64,000 bases of DNA from Octopus sinensis (lineage: Eukaryota), in NCBI RefSeq assembly GCF_006345805.1, contig NC_042998.1:167276001-167340000 (forward strand). The letters are read 5' to 3'. Positions 1-11,789 of this stretch are shown one piece after another. Every line of letters begins with the position of its first letter. The stretch's first letter is position 1. A program made the translations under genes and the position numbers. A model generated the notes under the pieces. The model searched no databases. It was given only the letters and a program-made list of their open reading frames with translations, and had not been told where the DNA came from.

Positions 1-334
1 TCTCATTGACTTTTCAAGGTTTTATTGATTATTTATTGGACTCTTTGTACAAAGTTAAGTGTTCTGATGATGATAGGACACTGTGCCCGCGTTTTGTGTT
101 TAGCTGCTGATGTTAAGTCCTCGTCACCAGCTTTCAACTGGAACTACTAAAAATATTAGTTTGTTACTTAGAAACTGATGAGCAACATTACAGTTTGTAC
201 TTAGGAGTAAACAAAACCCCACGCTGAGTTTATTATAGAATGCACAAAATCAGATTAGCGTCAAGGAATGTTGTTTTCACATTTTGCTGGACTTGAATGA
301 TGATGTAGTACCTATGGTTTACACAAGCTTTCCT

Positions 335-520
335 CTACCCTATGGTCAGGTCCTTGTGCTGTGGTGGTTTGTATGCCCCAATGACTATAAAAGTTATGCC
401 AGTAGAGTTCAAGCTCCTGGCAGAGCCTCCTGTGCTGCACAGGCCAAAGGACAGAGGCCATATTAATATGGACCAACTCTTCACATAGATACATATAAGG
501 TTTGCGCAGAGCCAACACAC
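335..520 (-). mobile_element. Possible decayed LINE apurinic-endonuclease fragment
   Basis: Minus-strand translation contains ICIYVK and ITFIVIGAYKPP, resembling the APE motifs (A/C)IYV and I..vYrPP. No other diagnostic motif was found. Confidence 0.25.
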
Positions 521-1610
521 CTACATAAATAGAGCAGTTACAGAAGCATCGATAAAAATTCAAAATCCTTAAGATTTGGGAGAGGATGGCTTTCCCACAT
601 ATGCGCAAAACCGAAAGGAAGCTAGCCAAAATAGCAGGGATCTAACTGGAGAAATGCAGAAAAGACAACCCAAAGTCGAAAACAGTGGAGAAAAGTCGTC
701 AAATGGACTATATTCCATAGGGAGCGAAGGATTCAAGTAGTAAGTATGATGGCCCACCTAGACCGGAGATTAATACCATTAATGTTCTTTTTAAACCTTT
801 GAATGCCAACATCAGCAAAACAAAATATGGGCACGAGTGGGGGAATCGAGAAAGCCAACGCTCTGGTAGTGGACAAGGGTATTGTGAGTAATGCAGGCCG
901 TTGGTGTTGGACACAGCAAGGGTAACGAGAGGAGGAAAGGTGCATTGGTTGGAGATACCTCAGTAGAGGTGGCACGAGTGCTTCCACCTCTGAGGAGCAC
1001 AGGCCATTATGGTAAAGGTAAAACGACAGAGAGTGATAAGAAAATGCTCGCCCGTAAGTCGAAGTCTAGTGAATTTATGCTAATCTGACGCTTCAGATTA
1101 TTGGAGATACAAATAGCTGTTGATCTTTTATAATTGAAAATTGTACAAAAGAAGATAATGTACCTAACATTGTTTACGAAAGTAAAAGCGATCTTAGACA
1201 CATATGTCGCTATATTTATTTTACATTATTTTTTTGAGACTCTCTATTGTATTTAGTGCGAAATAATATTAAAGTGAATATAATGCAATATGTTTATTTC
1301 AAATCGCCATCATATGTCTTCCCAGCTGTAATTACATCTATTTAAACATGTTATCTCAGAGCTAGTCATTGCCAAAAAAGTATGAATACGAAGTTACTGA
1401 AGAGCTGTTTATACGCAATTTCTGTAACAATGATTAACTTGACACGATTTAGGCATCCAAAATTCTCACACTGTCTACACATAACTGAAAGTGGTGGCCA
1501 CTTTGATGCTATCCTTGCCAATCTAAAGGGCAATTATCACATGTAGCGGCACATCTTTAATGCGAGCTTAGCTATGCATTAATTAGGAACACTGGTATTA
1601 ATTGTAGGTT

Positions 1611-1830
1611 AGGCGGCGAGCTGGCAGAATCGTTAGCACGCCGGGCGAAATAATTAGCGGCATTTCGTCTGTCTTCATGTACTGAGTTCAAATTCTGCCG
1701 AGGTCGACTTTACCTTTCATCCATTCGGAGTCGATAAATTAAGTACCATTTAAGTACTGGGGTCGATGTAATCGACTTACCCCTTTCCTAAAATTCCAGG
1801 CCAGGCCTTGTGCCTATAGTAGAAAGGATA
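1611..1830 (+). mobile_element. tRNA-derived SINE, type A
   Basis: Head GGCGGCGAGCTGGCAGAATCGTTAGC (A-box-like) and GAGTTCAAATTC (B-box-like). The same sequence recurs at 25.9-27.3 kb, 28.4 kb, 50.4 kb and 61.1 kb. Confidence 0.85.
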
Positions 1831-1875
1831 TCAATTGTAGGTAATTAATATTATATACATACAAATATATATGTA

Positions 1876-1913
<38 letters not shown>

Positions 1914-2961
1914 TGTGTAAGGGTGTTTATTTGTACATGTACATTTATACATATATGTGTGTATATCTGTGCATGTATGTATATGTATAACTCTTTGTAC
2001 GCCTGTGTACCTCTGTGTGTGTGTCTATGCGTTGTGTGCGTCTATTATGATGGGCAATACAATCTTAGTTCATTTAATCGAGATATTCAATTAGTGAACG
2101 TTCAGAATGACTTAAAAGACCTAAGGTCCATGTGAATGAAGTAATCTGGGAAATTGAACCACAAATACACCAGTCGAAGAAAATGTGGAATAGTAATATT
2201 TAAATGTTTCAGTGCGTCAACATATATCATGTTAACGTATATCATGTCAGTGTTAAATCTCCCTTCATCCTACGTTTTATACATCAGATCATTTACTTTA
2301 TATGATATGGGATTTTTAATTATAAGCATTTCAATTCCTGATTTATCCAAAATTCATATATACAGCGTTGGCCACAAGTCACCTGACAGTAAATCAAAAC
2401 CATTTAATTCCAAGATTTATTTATGTAAACAGCTGAATGAATTTAATAAAAGCATCTAAATATGAAACAACATGAAAGTTGTTCAAACTGAAGTCCTCCT
2501 TGAGCGACACATTTTTTCCATTCGACTCAATACAGAATTACAGAGTATTTATGGAATTTTGATTTACTGCCGGGTAACTTCTGGCTAACCCCTGCGTAGA
2601 ATTTACCTTGGCTTTTAATGAGAGTTTGTTTCAAACTCAAAGTTCTGACCTTAAATAGTGGATTTAAGAATGTTAATCTTGGACAGAAAAAGAGAATTTG
2701 CACCTCTTCAAAACGCAGAGGCCCCATTGGTGTAATTGGTAACGCGTTCCTCTCAAATACGAGATTTGTGTCTTCAGAAAAGGGGTGCTCTCTTTTTACT
2801 ATCCGTTCAACATTAGAGTTTTTTTAATGTTTTATAGAGTGAACGCGCGTGTGTGTATGTGCACAAATATGTATGTATGTTTGTGTGCGAGTATGTGTGT
2901 ATGTGTGTGTGTACCTATGTGCATATATACCTCTATGTATGTATGCTTTTAAGTATTATAC

Positions 2962-2991
<30 letters not shown>

Positions 2992-2993
<2 letters not shown>

Positions 2994-3248
2994 TCTCGAG
3001 CAAGGCACTTTATTTCAAGTTGCTCCAGTTCACTCAGCTGTAGAAATGAGTTGCGATGTCACTGGTGACAAGCTGTATCGACCTTTGTCTTTCCCTTGGA
3101 TAACACTGGTGGCGTGGAGAGGGGAGGCTGGTATGCATGGGCGACTGCTGGCCTTCCATAAACAACCTTGCCCGGACTTGTGTCTAGGAGGGTAACTTTC
3201 TAGGTGCAATCCCATGGTCATTCATGACCGAAGGGGGTCTTTACCCTT
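2992..3248 (+). mobile_element. 5'-truncated SINE, type D core with its own 3' tail
   Basis: Core GCAAGGCACTTTATTTCAAGTTGCTCCAGTTCACTCAGCTG is shared with copies at 19.2 kb, 48.7 kb and 60.2 kb. It ends in a (TA)n tract. Confidence 0.7.
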
Positions 3249-3259
3249 TATATATATAT

Positions 3260-3319
<60 letters not shown>

Positions 3320-5309
3320 ATATATATATACACATGTGTGCATGGGTACATGAATGTATGTGTGTATGTATTTATACCTCCACATAATCATCCGCGCATT
3401 TTATCGTATGATGTTTCTGTATTCAATCAACTATTGCAACGCCTTGAAGGAAACTGAGAATCTGAAACTAACCAGTACCTTTGAGAGACGTGTAGGTTTA
3501 GTGATTAATCTGTAGTAAAATTTAGTATTTTATCAGTCATTTATTTGAAAGCAAGGTTACAAGGGAACTAAAATAGAGACAAAGGTATCTTGAAAAATAT
3601 TCCAAGTTGTTTCAGGGCATGTATTTTTGTATACCAACAAACAGGCTGCAAGTATTTTCATTAGCTTTTTGACATATTGATTTTATACTATCTCCTTGTT
3701 GACTGGGACATCATATTTGACATTGTTGCCTTGCCCTAAAGTATTCATAAAGTTAACCTAGTTTATTTATTTATTTGTTTATTTGTTTATTTATCTATTT
3801 ATTATTTTGCATTCTCAAAACATTTCTCTCTTTTTATTGCTTTTTTTTTCTTTGCGAAACAAAAGTCTTCGTTAGTATGGTATTGTATTGGAAGGTACGT
3901 GAGAGGACGTACGTACTTAAGTATGTATGCGCGTGCGCGTGTGTGTGTCTATGTGTGTGCATGTGTGTTAACTTCCTAGAAAATACATTTGTTTTCTTAC
4001 AAAGAAACAGAGATTCGTCTCTGGAGTTTAGGGAACAACTGCGACGAAAAGTTTCATATATTTGGAGAAAACCTTGCTAATTTTTTGCAGCTGTTCTTAC
4101 AAATTATATTTGCAAAATACACATTAGCTGGTCTCGTTCTTTATATAAAATCCTTAACCTTTCAAAATAAGAACTTAGATATTTAGTAATACAATCAACG
4201 CACCAATAATTATCTGGTCAAAACCAGATGTCGTAATATATGTTCTGGATAGAGAAGCAATGCCTTTCTAAGCAGTTGCCCATCGTGAATGAATTTGACA
4301 GAACTGTTCAGTTCGAGAGAGCAGCTGCTTTTATGAGAATATCCCGGTTATTAATTGAGCATTCAGCAATAAGAATATTTTCTATATTCCCAGGACAGTC
4401 TTTCTCACTGATAGAATTGTATATTGTTTTTATTTACAGCATCCGTTCGCAAGTACTACCGAATTTTTTTATGGCCACTTTCCATTGTCATACTTGCTGA
4501 AAATACTGCTAAATCCATTTATTTCTCAACATTGTAAAAATTGACCGTAAACATCTTAAGATTACCACAAAGATATTAAAACGATTGAAATTCCTCTTTA
4601 AAAGCTACAAGTTGACAATTACCGGAAAAAAACATGGTCAGTGTGAGAATTTCATGCGACTGACATCTGGGAAAACATATTTTGGGTTAAGTGGTTAGTA
4701 CTGAACCTAGGGATGGTCAGAATGTGGGTATGCCGAGAGTTGGATAGACGAGTAAGTTAGGAATGCTTAAGTGGAGGTAAGGTGAAGCTAGCCAACTCCT
4801 AGGACAGGAAACACTGAAGTAATGCTACAGACTGTGAGGTGACAATATACAATATACCAATGGGTCAGAGGTTGACGCGTGCTTGTGTATGACTCTATAT
4901 GTGGTGTAATAAATCTGTCTATTAGCAGCACCGTTCCAAATATAAGAGCTGTATTCTGTTGTGGATCTTAATCAAGCTTTTGTAAAGAGGGAAACAAAGT
5001 ATTTTCTGACCCTGGATAGTCTTTGTGATGCAAGCTTTGTTATATTGAGAATATGAGATAACAAGGATGTAACAAGGAAGGATGGTCTGGAACACTTGAG
5101 GGGTGCAGGTCTCATTCCGTTACATTAAATTATTTGTCGAAGGAAAACCAAGACTTCGAATATCTGCAACAGCATAAATAATATTTATTTTTCTGGATTC
5201 GCAATAATATATATACATATATTTCCTTCAGGGCGAGCCGGTAGCCGTGGGAGCTAGTCGCTGTAGTTAAATGGTGTGATCCAAATGCTGTCTCGAACAA
5301 GCATAGTGT

Positions 5310-5510
5310 AGCTTCGCCACGTGTTGGCTTGTTTGGGAGAGATGTTATAACGCGTCCGTTCAATTCGGGGTCTGCTTCGAGAGAGAGATCGATACAGCGG
5401 GAAATCTTGCTGTTGCTAGTTCTCTGCGCATGCGCATGAGGGAACTTCCGGCGGCCTCCCGGAAGAAATCCAAATCTGCACATGCGCGCTGAAGACTTGC
5501 AAAATGGCGT
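5310..5510 (+). promoter_or_regulatory. CpG-rich housekeeping-type promoter motif cluster (E-box, NRF1, ETS, YY1)
   Basis: CACGTG at 5318-5323, TGCGCATGCGCA at 5425-5436, ACTTCCGG at 5444-5451, CCGGAAG at 5459-5465 and CAAAATGGCG at 5500-5509, all in a locally GC/CpG-rich patch. Confidence 0.5.
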
Positions 5511-6384
5511 CACTACAAGGAGATATCCTCAGTAATGTTGAGACCGATCCTTTGCAATGAGCTTGAGATTTCTAGTTGGCTACTCTTCACATTTAGGGAT
5601 ATGGGATACGATATTACTCCTTTGTTATATGTAGTGATTTTGTCTTTTTGCTGTTGTAGAAGGTCGGATTGGCATGAATATATTGGAAAACGTTTTCCAT
5701 ATCTCATTGCAATTTTAGCATGTTTTAATTGTATGTAGATAACACTTGAATGCTGAAGATATGAATATATGATGTATACATGCGTGCAAGCATGTATATA
5801 TTTTTCTGACAAAGTCATACATACATGCGTGTATGTGCGTGTGGACATGTGTGTATGTCTGTGAGTGTATGCTTCTTTCAGGATGATTTAAGTTCCACGC
5901 AAAACTCAAGCCGGTGACTAAATGTAAGTTATTTCCTTTGAGTGTGTTGTTAATTGGTTCGTTCAGTATTGACGAAAAGCACGAGTCACACACATCTTAC
6001 AACCAAAAACGCACTATAAGGACTCGTAACGTTTCATTACAAAATCTGTAGAATAATGTGCGATGAGATTTGATTGTTTTTAAATGTTTATGATATTCCC
6101 CATGAGCCTTCAGGTTGCCTCGAAAGAAAAGAGGAAGATGTATCTGTTGTGGAAGGATTCTGACCCACACATGCACACCATCACCACCACCATCATATGG
6201 CTGAAGATGGACTCACTCACAAAGAACTATGAGCGATTAGCAGTTCGGGTTGGTAAATAGTTCATTGCAGCCGTTAATATAGAGCGGTGTGTTTCGTGTA
6301 ATAGTAGTGCTTCTCGTGTATATACTTTCTTCCTCGCTGCTTCGATATATCCAAGATAAATCCCTGCCACCTCCAGCGCTGAGA

Positions 6385-6430
6385 CCACCAGATTACGTGA
6401 TTTCGGCCTTCCTTGGTCTTATCAATGAGG
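6385..6430 (-). ncRNA. Type I hammerhead ribozyme fold, U3-A8 core variant (copy A, partly decayed)
   Basis: Minus strand reads CCTCA TTGATAA GACC AAGGAA GGCC GAAA TC ACGT AA TC / TGGTGG. It is an inverted homologue of 6641-6687. Confidence 0.6.
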
Positions 6431-6592
6431 GATATACATAAGAGTGCATTTTGTACCAAAATCCACGTTTGAGTGGGGATAAATATTACTTATTGGTATC
6501 GATATCACTTCTAATGCTAAGAAATATTTTTTTTTAACAAGCTCCCTGGCTAATTGTGACACCAGAGCCTGTTCTGGCACTATTATTATATA

Positions 6593-6738
6593 TATCGCCG
6601 GCGGGGAGGTGAATCGCTGCTATCTCTAGCGGTCGAGCGTCCATCATTGAGAAAACCAAGGAAGGTCGAAATCGCGTGATCCGGTGGTCTCGGTGCTGGA
6701 GATGCTCGGTGCGGGGATTCATCTCGCCGCTGGCGATA
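6593..6738 (+). ncRNA. 146-nt rod-like hairpin with an apical type I hammerhead, U3-A8 core variant (copy B)
   Basis: 6593-6615 pairs with 6716-6738 (20 WC, 2 GU, 1 GG). 6622-6637 pairs with 6689-6703 (12 WC, 3 GU, 1 bulge). The apex reads CCATCA TTGAGAA AACC AAGGAA GGTC GAAA TC GCGT GA TC / CGGTGG, with predicted cleavage after C6681. Confidence 0.7.
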
Positions 6739-7299
6739 CAAACAAGAGTGCATTTTGCACCACATGCCAATGTGAGAATTTCTCTCGTGGTATCTATCGC
6801 TGTATAGTTTGTTCTAACACAACATCCGCGTATAAGTGGGGATAAATATTATCTCAGAGTTGCTATATCTAAAAATACTAAGAGATGTGAACGAATATAA
6901 GGAAAGGGTAAACGAGAGGGCAAAAGGCATATGTAAACACGTACGTAAGTATATAAACATAGTTTTCAACTAGCAATAACCACGCCTCGAGACGTGAAAT
7001 ACTGCTTGTCAGTGCTACAGGAAATATGTATCCAAGTTCAACCTGTGGTAAGGTCAAGTCGTTGGTGTTTGACTTGCCTGCTTTATTTAAAGAGGGACAC
7101 TTTAAATAGAGAGGTTTCAAAGTGGTGATAGATGTTTTGAGAATATTTTAAAAGTTTAATTATTTCGCAGATTGACACATTTTTATGAAACAACTTCAAA
7201 TAAATACCAAAATAAAGAATAAAGAAGGTCATAGGTTAGAAAGTGAAGTGTAAAAAAAAAAAACTTTCCCAGGTCACACACCTTGAATATCATGTAAAT

Positions 7300-7649
7300 C
7301 AGTGGTTATCAACCAGGGTCCATAATAGCTTCTGAGGGCCCTTATATGATTTTTAGATGTCCACACAATAACATAGTAAATTAAGGATGCACGACAGTAT
7401 TTTAAAAGCCCCTGAAAAAAGTTTGTTTTAAATGTATGTATTGGTATGTATTGCAAGAATGAGTGAGTTTTTTTTTTCTGTAACATTTTACATAGTTCAA
7501 CCTACACCAGTTTTACGGAAAAACAAAATAGAAATTTTGAAAGAAGTTTCTATAAAACTAGGTTTTAAACAGAGAATGACTATGGGAGCCCACCAGAATG
7601 AAATAGTAATCAAAAAGGCCCATGGATAAAGAATGGTTGAGAACCCCTG
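7300..7649. mobile_element. Non-autonomous hAT-type MITE
   Basis: 15-bp TIRs CAGTGGTTATCAACC (7300-7314) and GGTTGAGAACCCCTG (7635-7649). The 8-bp TSD is ATGTAAAT (7292-7299) / ATGTAAGT (7650-7657). Confidence 0.8.
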
Positions 7650-7685
7650 ATGTAAGTAAATAGTATTAGTAACGATTTAAGAAGC

Positions 7686-7960
7686 ATGTTGTTGCTGCTG
7701 TTGTTGTTGTTGTTGTTGTTGCGGTGGTGGTGGTGGCGGCGGTGGCGGTGGCGGTGGTGGTGGTCGACGTCATCGTCGTTGTAGTCCATGTCATCGTAAT
7801 CGTTGTCATCAAGGTCGTAGACGTCGCCGCTATCGCCATCCCCGTCATCTTCGTCGTCGTTGTCGTCGTTGTCATCGACACCACCGTAGTCGCCTTCGCG
7901 CCACATCCTTCGTCATCGTCCTTGTCACAATCGCCGTCACCATCATCGCCGCCATCGCTG
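7686..7960. repeat. Degenerate trinucleotide microsatellite (GTT/GGT/GTC)n
   Basis: Direct inspection. It explains the low-complexity ORFs at 7610-8097. Confidence 0.9.
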
Positions 7961-10111
7961 TGATCCTTCAGACATTGAAATGTGAATTTGTTGCCGCATA
8001 GCGCCTCCCCAAACTGAGCCTGTTCTATTTTCCAGGGCGTATGTTCTAGCATGAAGAATATATCTTTCATGCTTTGCATCGAAGTAATTATGAACATTGA
8101 CTTTCGCTGTCAGCAATCTTTCGATGCTTCTTCCGCGATCTTCTTCTTATTGATTGACTAAGTCTTTTTCTAAGTTACTTTTGTGCTAAAGTTAGACAAG
8201 GCTACTTAAATTTTCCTTTTACCTGTACACATCCCCTGTACTTTGGCGACTGCTTTCACTAGCTGTCTTTCAACTAATTTCTTAATCCGGTTGCTAAAGA
8301 CTTTGCGTGCTGGAAAAATACATTCACCATACAGTAACTGACTCCCATTCTATTTAGTAAACAGGCTAAGTTGTTTATACAGATCACAAATTTGTGGTTC
8401 GTGTGGGTAAATAACTGTAGTTGTGAACAACTTATGTCAATTTATCGGGTGGCCTAGCGAAAACTCAGTCCAGATATGAAATTTTGGTGACTCACTGGCT
8501 TTTCATTAATGGTGAGACCAGTTGAACATTTAGAACGGAGTATATTCTCAGGAATTTTCACCTCATTTTATCAACTACCATACAATTCCGATGTGTGTGT
8601 CCAAGGCTCCATTGTAATCGTCTATTAAAGGCAATGAACGCTACAACGATATGTTAGAAATGTCACAAAACGTCAATTGAAATCCGACTATGCAGTTATG
8701 CCGGAGTATATAAATGATTACTTGATTGAAGGATCTACGTCGCTCACACTAAGGACCAGCGACGCATCATCCGAGTCAAGGAGAACTGTAATTACCTCTA
8801 GATATTAATCTTTCTGAAACAGCCACAACAATCGATCTTGGCAAAAGGTGTCATAAACTTCTAAGTTGGCCAGAAGTGAGGGGACGACGAATGAGTCTCC
8901 AAAATTCTTATCTCGCTGATGGCTTTCTTACACTAACGTAGTAGCTTGAAGTTGTTCACAGTTTCAGAGAATATTCTATAGGGAACACCTATTCGTGATC
9001 TTTAAAGCTCGTAGGGCACGTGTCCCTTCTTCTGCAGCGACCCCAAACCAAATACATTTAATTTACGTGTTCTTTGTATGACCATGTTAGGAGGAAAGGA
9101 AAATAAGTAAGAGGTGGTCCCAATTCTGATCGGGTGGTATTTCTATTTTCGAGATTCTTGAAATAACCCTGCAGAACCCAGTTCCTGGAGAAAACGTTAT
9201 CTTAGAATGCGATACACGTCTGATGGAGTTTTTATCAAAGGTTTCATAATTTGTATATTTAGAGCGGTGAATGCATCAAGGTCTTCGCCTCTCATAATAA
9301 TTATGTCCGTATGAGCATGAGCATATTGTAAAACTCCTCGCTCTCTTTCGGAGAACGGTGCAGCTGACAAATCCGTGCATGCGTTGATGATGCCATTTCT
9401 TCTCTTGTTGATGTTGTAATTGTATTTTTACCTATTATCGTTATAGCTTCTTGCAAGAGCTGTTGTTGGTAGACATTTTAATTGTTCTTGCTACTGTATT
9501 TATTTATACCATAATTTTCTCTGCTTTAAAACGTGGTTGCGAAGTAGTAATTGTATATGTATACAATAATGGCACCGCTGGCATTATTTTATGTAAATTT
9601 ATATTTTTGTTTTCCCGGAAGTTGGCAGTTTTATGAGTGCCAACTAGCAACCTTCGATTGTAATACAGCCACATATTCACACGCACATACACACACACAA
9701 ACACACACGCACGTATGTATGTATGTATGTATGTATGTATGTATGTATGTATGTATGTATGTATGTATGTGCATGTGTGTTTGCGTGTGTGAGTATATTT
9801 GTCTAATAAAATGTCTCAGGGTGACGTACACTCTGAAACACTATATCAGATGTGTCGTATGATGTCAGACCGTAAATGTAAATGCAACACAGCTGTTTTA
9901 CCAAGTCTTAACGCCAGTTTACATCCTATTGTTGTGTTAGTAAAGGGTTAATGACTATATTGACATTTCCATCCTGGGTTCTCTACTAAGGACAAGCTTA
10001 ACGCTTACATTTTTTTTTATCCTCTATTTCACGTCAACATTATTTGATGTAATTTTAAGTGGACGAAGCTATTTGTCAAACACTTCAGAAATAAATCTTT
10101 TGTGCTAACCA

Positions 10112-10543
10112 ATGCTGGTGGATAATGATGATGGTAAAGAGGAGGTTCATGATGATGATGAGGAGGAGGAGGAAGAAGAGGAGAAGGAGAAGGAGGAGAA
10201 GGAGGAGGAGGAGGAGGAGGAGGAGGAGGGTGGTGGTGGTGGTGGTGATGATGATGATGGGGAGGAGGAGGGCGATAACAATGACAAGCAACTACAGTGA
10301 TGATGATTAATCAACAACTATGAAATTTTCTTATATCGACGACAAGAGCAGCCATTTATCAATAGGCATCCAACTGAGACATATATTTTTCTCTAGCTGC
10401 CTATGAGAAGAGAAAGAAATATATTAGAAATAGAGCGATTTTTGAACGCGTAATTTAAAAAAACGAGACCTAAATATTCAAAATATTTAGGCCAGTGTAT
10501 CATTCAGCTTCTGCTTCCTTCTGTACACTACTACTACTACTAC

Positions 10544-10590
<47 letters not shown>

Positions 10591-10612
10591 TAATAATAAT
10601 AATAATAACAAC

Positions 10613-10690
<78 letters not shown>
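10112..10690. repeat. Compound trinucleotide microsatellites (GAG/GAT/GGT)n and (TAA)n
   Basis: Direct inspection: 10112-10310 and 10527-10690. Confidence 0.9.
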
Positions 10691-10691
<1 letters not shown>

Positions 10692-11085
10692 GCGGTTACA
10701 ATACCAGTGATCGTAGGAGCACTAGGAATGATCAAGAAGGGAACCGAAAATTATATCCCTGGCTTACCATCCCTGCAAGAAGTGCAAAAGATTGTCTTAA
10801 CTGGTACATCACACGTATTGGTACATCACACGTATTGAGAAAAGCATTGTCGATGTGAGAACTGTTGCTGCTCATGTATTTTAATTTAACTAAAAAAAAA
10901 AAAAAAATGAACGAACTATTGAGTTTGGTTTAATGGCCTACCAATGTTTGAACTTTATTTCTTTGCTCTAGGAGTCGGGAAGACACTCGGCAAGAAATGG
11001 AAGCAAATTTGAAAGAAGAAAATAAAAAAATAATGATAATAATAACAACAACAACTACAATTATAGCAACAGCAACAATAATAAT
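10691..11085 (+). mobile_element. 3' end of an R4/Dong-like non-LTR retrotransposon
   Basis: Translates IPVIVGALGMIKKGTENYIPGLPSLQEVQKIVLTGTSHVL..RKALSM*, typical of the C-terminus after an RLE domain. A 3' UTR and an (AAT/AAC)n tail follow. Confidence 0.8.
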
Positions 11086-11680
11086 GTCATGTAGACTACT
11101 AGAAGAGTCACAAAAACTTGGCTATGATATGGGTGAACTACATGAAAACGTGTGACAAGACCCCACATTCGTGGATTATTGAGTGTTTTAAGCTAGTTAA
11201 CGTCACTGGTAATATTGTGAATTTCATACAAGACACAATGGCCATCTGGAGGACTGAACTCACAGCGCGTAGTGTGACGCTAGAAGAGGTTAATATCAAA
11301 AGAGGAATTTTCCAAGGGGGCAGTTTATCTCCCCACATATTTGTCATCTGGATGATAACTGTATCGAGTGTTATAAGAAAGATGTGTGTAGGGTACTCTC
11401 TAGGCAACTGAAAAAAAAACTTGTTAATGGATGACCAAAATCTTTTTTCAGTAAAATAAGAGAAAAATTGATAGTTCAATATAAACAGTTCAGGCGCTTA
11501 GCAAGAATGTTGAGATGGAATTCGGGATCAAAAAGTGCGGTGTAATGGTTCTAAAAAGATGAAAAGTTAATAAAAACCATAGGATCAAGCTGGAAGGTGG
11601 TAAATCAAAAAGGCAGTTGGAGAAGAAGGGTACAAATACCAGGGTATTATTGACAATGATAAAACTAATAAGTTTTCAGA
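11086..11680 (+). mobile_element. R4/Dong-like reverse transcriptase fragment (pseudogenised)
   Basis: Motifs WVNYMKTCDKTPHSWI, IKRGIFQGGSLSP, LMDD and MEFGIKKCGVMVLKR, with stops and frameshifts. Confidence 0.85.
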
Positions 11681-11789
11681 AAAGTGTATCTCAATAAAAC
11701 CTGACTTCTGTTGCAGCCTAAGCCAGAGGTTCCCAAAATGGGAATCTTACATAAAAATCATCATAACTCCGTTCAGGAGATCAAAACCC

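Noticed and set aside
5504-5738. Coding exon at the promoter-like region
   Set aside because: The YY1 ATG frame stops after 18 codons, the 67-aa ORF has no recognisable homology, and no downstream exon could be linked.
6025-6075. Minus-strand CATTA..TAATG-AAACGTT hammerhead-like remnant
   Set aside because: There is no CUGANGA-like strand.
6593-6738. SRP RNA or RNase P RNA identity for the hairpin (AAGGAAGGTCGAA resembles parts of both)
   Set aside because: SRP helix 8 and the other RNase P conserved regions are absent, and the hammerhead parse explains every apical base.
8223-8310. Possible minus-strand exon (TTTTCCAG..CAG|GTAAAA; RKVFSNRIKKLVERQLVKAVAKVQGMCT)
   Set aside because: The splice-like ends could occur by chance, and there is no recognisable domain or partner exon.
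9190-9400. Stop-free minus-strand stretch of about 67 codons (RNGIINACTDL..VYRILR)
   Set aside because: There is no start or splice support and no recognisable motif.
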